Shown here in pieces: positions 62,537-64,000 of a stretch of DNA of 64,000 nucleotides; position 1 is the stretch's first letter; each line of letters begins with the position of its first letter. A program made the position numbers and the translations under genes. Source of the DNA: a virus; the IMG/VR virus record IMGVR_UViG_3300028610_001991. One strand, given 5' to 3'. The notes under the pieces were generated by a model. It saw only the letters and a program-made list of their open reading frames with translations. It was not told the origin of the DNA and did not search any database.

Positions 62537-63601
62537 TTGAAAAAGATATCCAGAAGCGATATACAAAAATTATTTGGGGATGAGAATATTGACCTCCTTA
62601 TTGATAGTGGTATTAAAGCCGGTACTGATATACGTAGTATACGTATAGTTATAGTAGACTATCTCTTATGTAAGTTTTTTGGAGATAGTGATAGAGAAGA
62701 GTTTAAGGAATATCCTGTTAGCGGTAAGCTGCGTATTAGCGGTAAGCTGCGTGAAAATATAGAAATAGGGGAGAATAGGTATGGACGTAAAAAACGTAGA
62801 TTTTGAAAAGATAAATAGAGAAGCTATACTCAGTTTAGAAGAGGACAGTGAGAAAAGATTAGAGTATAGGAGTTCAACTGAATATAGGATATTGAAAAGA
62901 AAGATAATTGAACACTGTTATGCTGATAACCATATTGTAGACAATGAGTATGTAGATACTCTTTTTGATAATGTTACTAATGATGAGTTCGTATACTTCT
63001 TTGAATGTACTGTGTTTGATAAAAAAAGGACGGTGGTAGGTGTGTCTCCTTCTGAGAGCGTTATTGTTTATGGACTAACATTTATAGTGACTTTCGGTCA
63101 GGATGCAAGTTACGAAGTATATAAAGAGAGGAAAGATGAAACCAATAGTGTTTAAAGAAAGCAATGTTACATTTGCTAAAGATCAAAAGCAGTATTTACC
63201 TTTACCTGCTTTTAAGAATGAAAATGGTCATGTAATTTCATGCTGGAAGTTATCGCTAGTAGAAAGAATGAAATTACTATTTACAGGTAAACTATGGATG
63301 AATATACTTTCGTTTAATAAACCGCTATCTCCTATTTTACCAAGTGTTAAATATCCTTTTATAAAAGATAAAAATGATGGGTAAGCTGCATACTATACGA
63401 AGATATATACTGCGTGATCCTGAACGTTTTATTGATGGTTACTGGAGTGATGGTACAAAAAGATTTAAAGGTGTACGTTACGATAAAGGTAAAACATCAA
63501 CAGTAAACCGGTTCACTTACTCATATAGGTCATTTGTTAAACATATATTAGCTGGAGTAGGCATGTCCGACGACAGGGAGAGGAATAGCGATGGTACCTG
63601 A
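62537..63601 (+). other. four small hypothetical ORFs (62537-62806, 62781-63155, 63136-63384, 63374-63601)
   Basis: Overlapping junctions downstream of the consensus promoter. Confidence 0.55.
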
Positions 63602-63673
63602 TGGGTTCACAGCTTATCCTTTGCTAATGGGTTAATCGCCATTGTTAGGCAGGTTCGAATCCTGCCTCCAGCA
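63551..63673 (+). ncRNA. 123-nt enlarged tRNA-like element
   Basis: Perfect acceptor GCTGGAG(63551)/CTCCAGC(63666) plus A; perfect T arm GCAGG-TTCGAAT-CCTGC; variable-arm hairpin AATGG/CCATT; no canonical D or anticodon arm. Confidence 0.6.
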
Positions 63674-64000
63674 TATTTAGAGGGAAATAATGAAATTGAA
63701 AGACATACCGGCACTAGAGTGGCACAGTTTTAAGGTTAATAGTAGTAATGTTAGAAAATACTTAAATGCTGTTATAGATGAAAACGAAAAGCTTAAAGAA
63801 GCAGGATCAGCGTGTGTAGAGTTATTAAGAGAAATGACTAACCTATATATTGCAGCTGATCATTCTGATTCCATACTTGCTTTTACAATAGCGCAGCGCT
63901 TTATAGATTTAATAGGGGGGGAACGGATGGGAGCATTTGACGCATTTTATAAGGGCGAGAAAGCAAAAGAGTATTACAGGAAAGCTAAACTATTTGAAAA

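Noticed and set aside
62716-62751. 18-bp tandem duplication TTAGCGGTAAGCTGCGT(A)
   Set aside because: Simple in-frame slippage duplication (SGKLRI-SGKLRE) with no wider pattern
61592-63673. tmRNA (one- or two-piece) for the tRNA-like elements
   Set aside because: No G3-U70 alanine identity, no CCA, no tag reading frame, and the two elements are on opposite strands
1-64000. Stop-codon reassignment (code 15 or 4)
   Set aside because: All long conserved genes are full length in code 11 and TAG/TGA terminate genes at normal overlapping junctions; isolated lesions include TAA

Overview
AT-rich, very gene-dense segment of a large bacterial extrachromosomal element, most likely a large phage or phage-plasmid. 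It uses the standard code, GGAGG-type RBSs and sigma70-like promoters. No capsid, tail, terminase or polymerase gene is recognisable here, so the virion type cannot be called. There are three transcriptional blocks. (1) Plus strand, 1-26.7 kb: DNA and nucleotide metabolism (MazG-like, SbcD/SbcC, DUF5664 diphosphohydrolase, intein-containing ThyX, N6-type MTase, radical SAM, RecD2, RHH plus ParM actin, family-4 UDG). It ends in an RNA-rich neighbourhood with two large, highly paired non-coding regions, an RRM protein, a DUF433 protein, an acidic micropeptide and a degenerate tRNA-Leu. (2) Minus strand, 26.8-61.9 kb: SF2 helicase, TOPRIM/TopoVI-A-like protein, dCMP deaminase, sigma-like protein, RuvB, HNH, then dozens of small early-type ORFs. 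A 1.8-kb non-coding repeat and palindrome region (53.6-55.4 kb) interrupts this block, and seven copies of a 33-34 bp promoter-like motif lie in it. (3) Plus strand from a perfect sigma70 promoter at 62.43 kb. The best leads are the large structured RNAs next to the RRM protein, the modular repeat/hairpin region with its dispersed motif, and two non-canonical tRNA-like elements. All annotations come from motif recognition and manual base-pairing; no searches were run.
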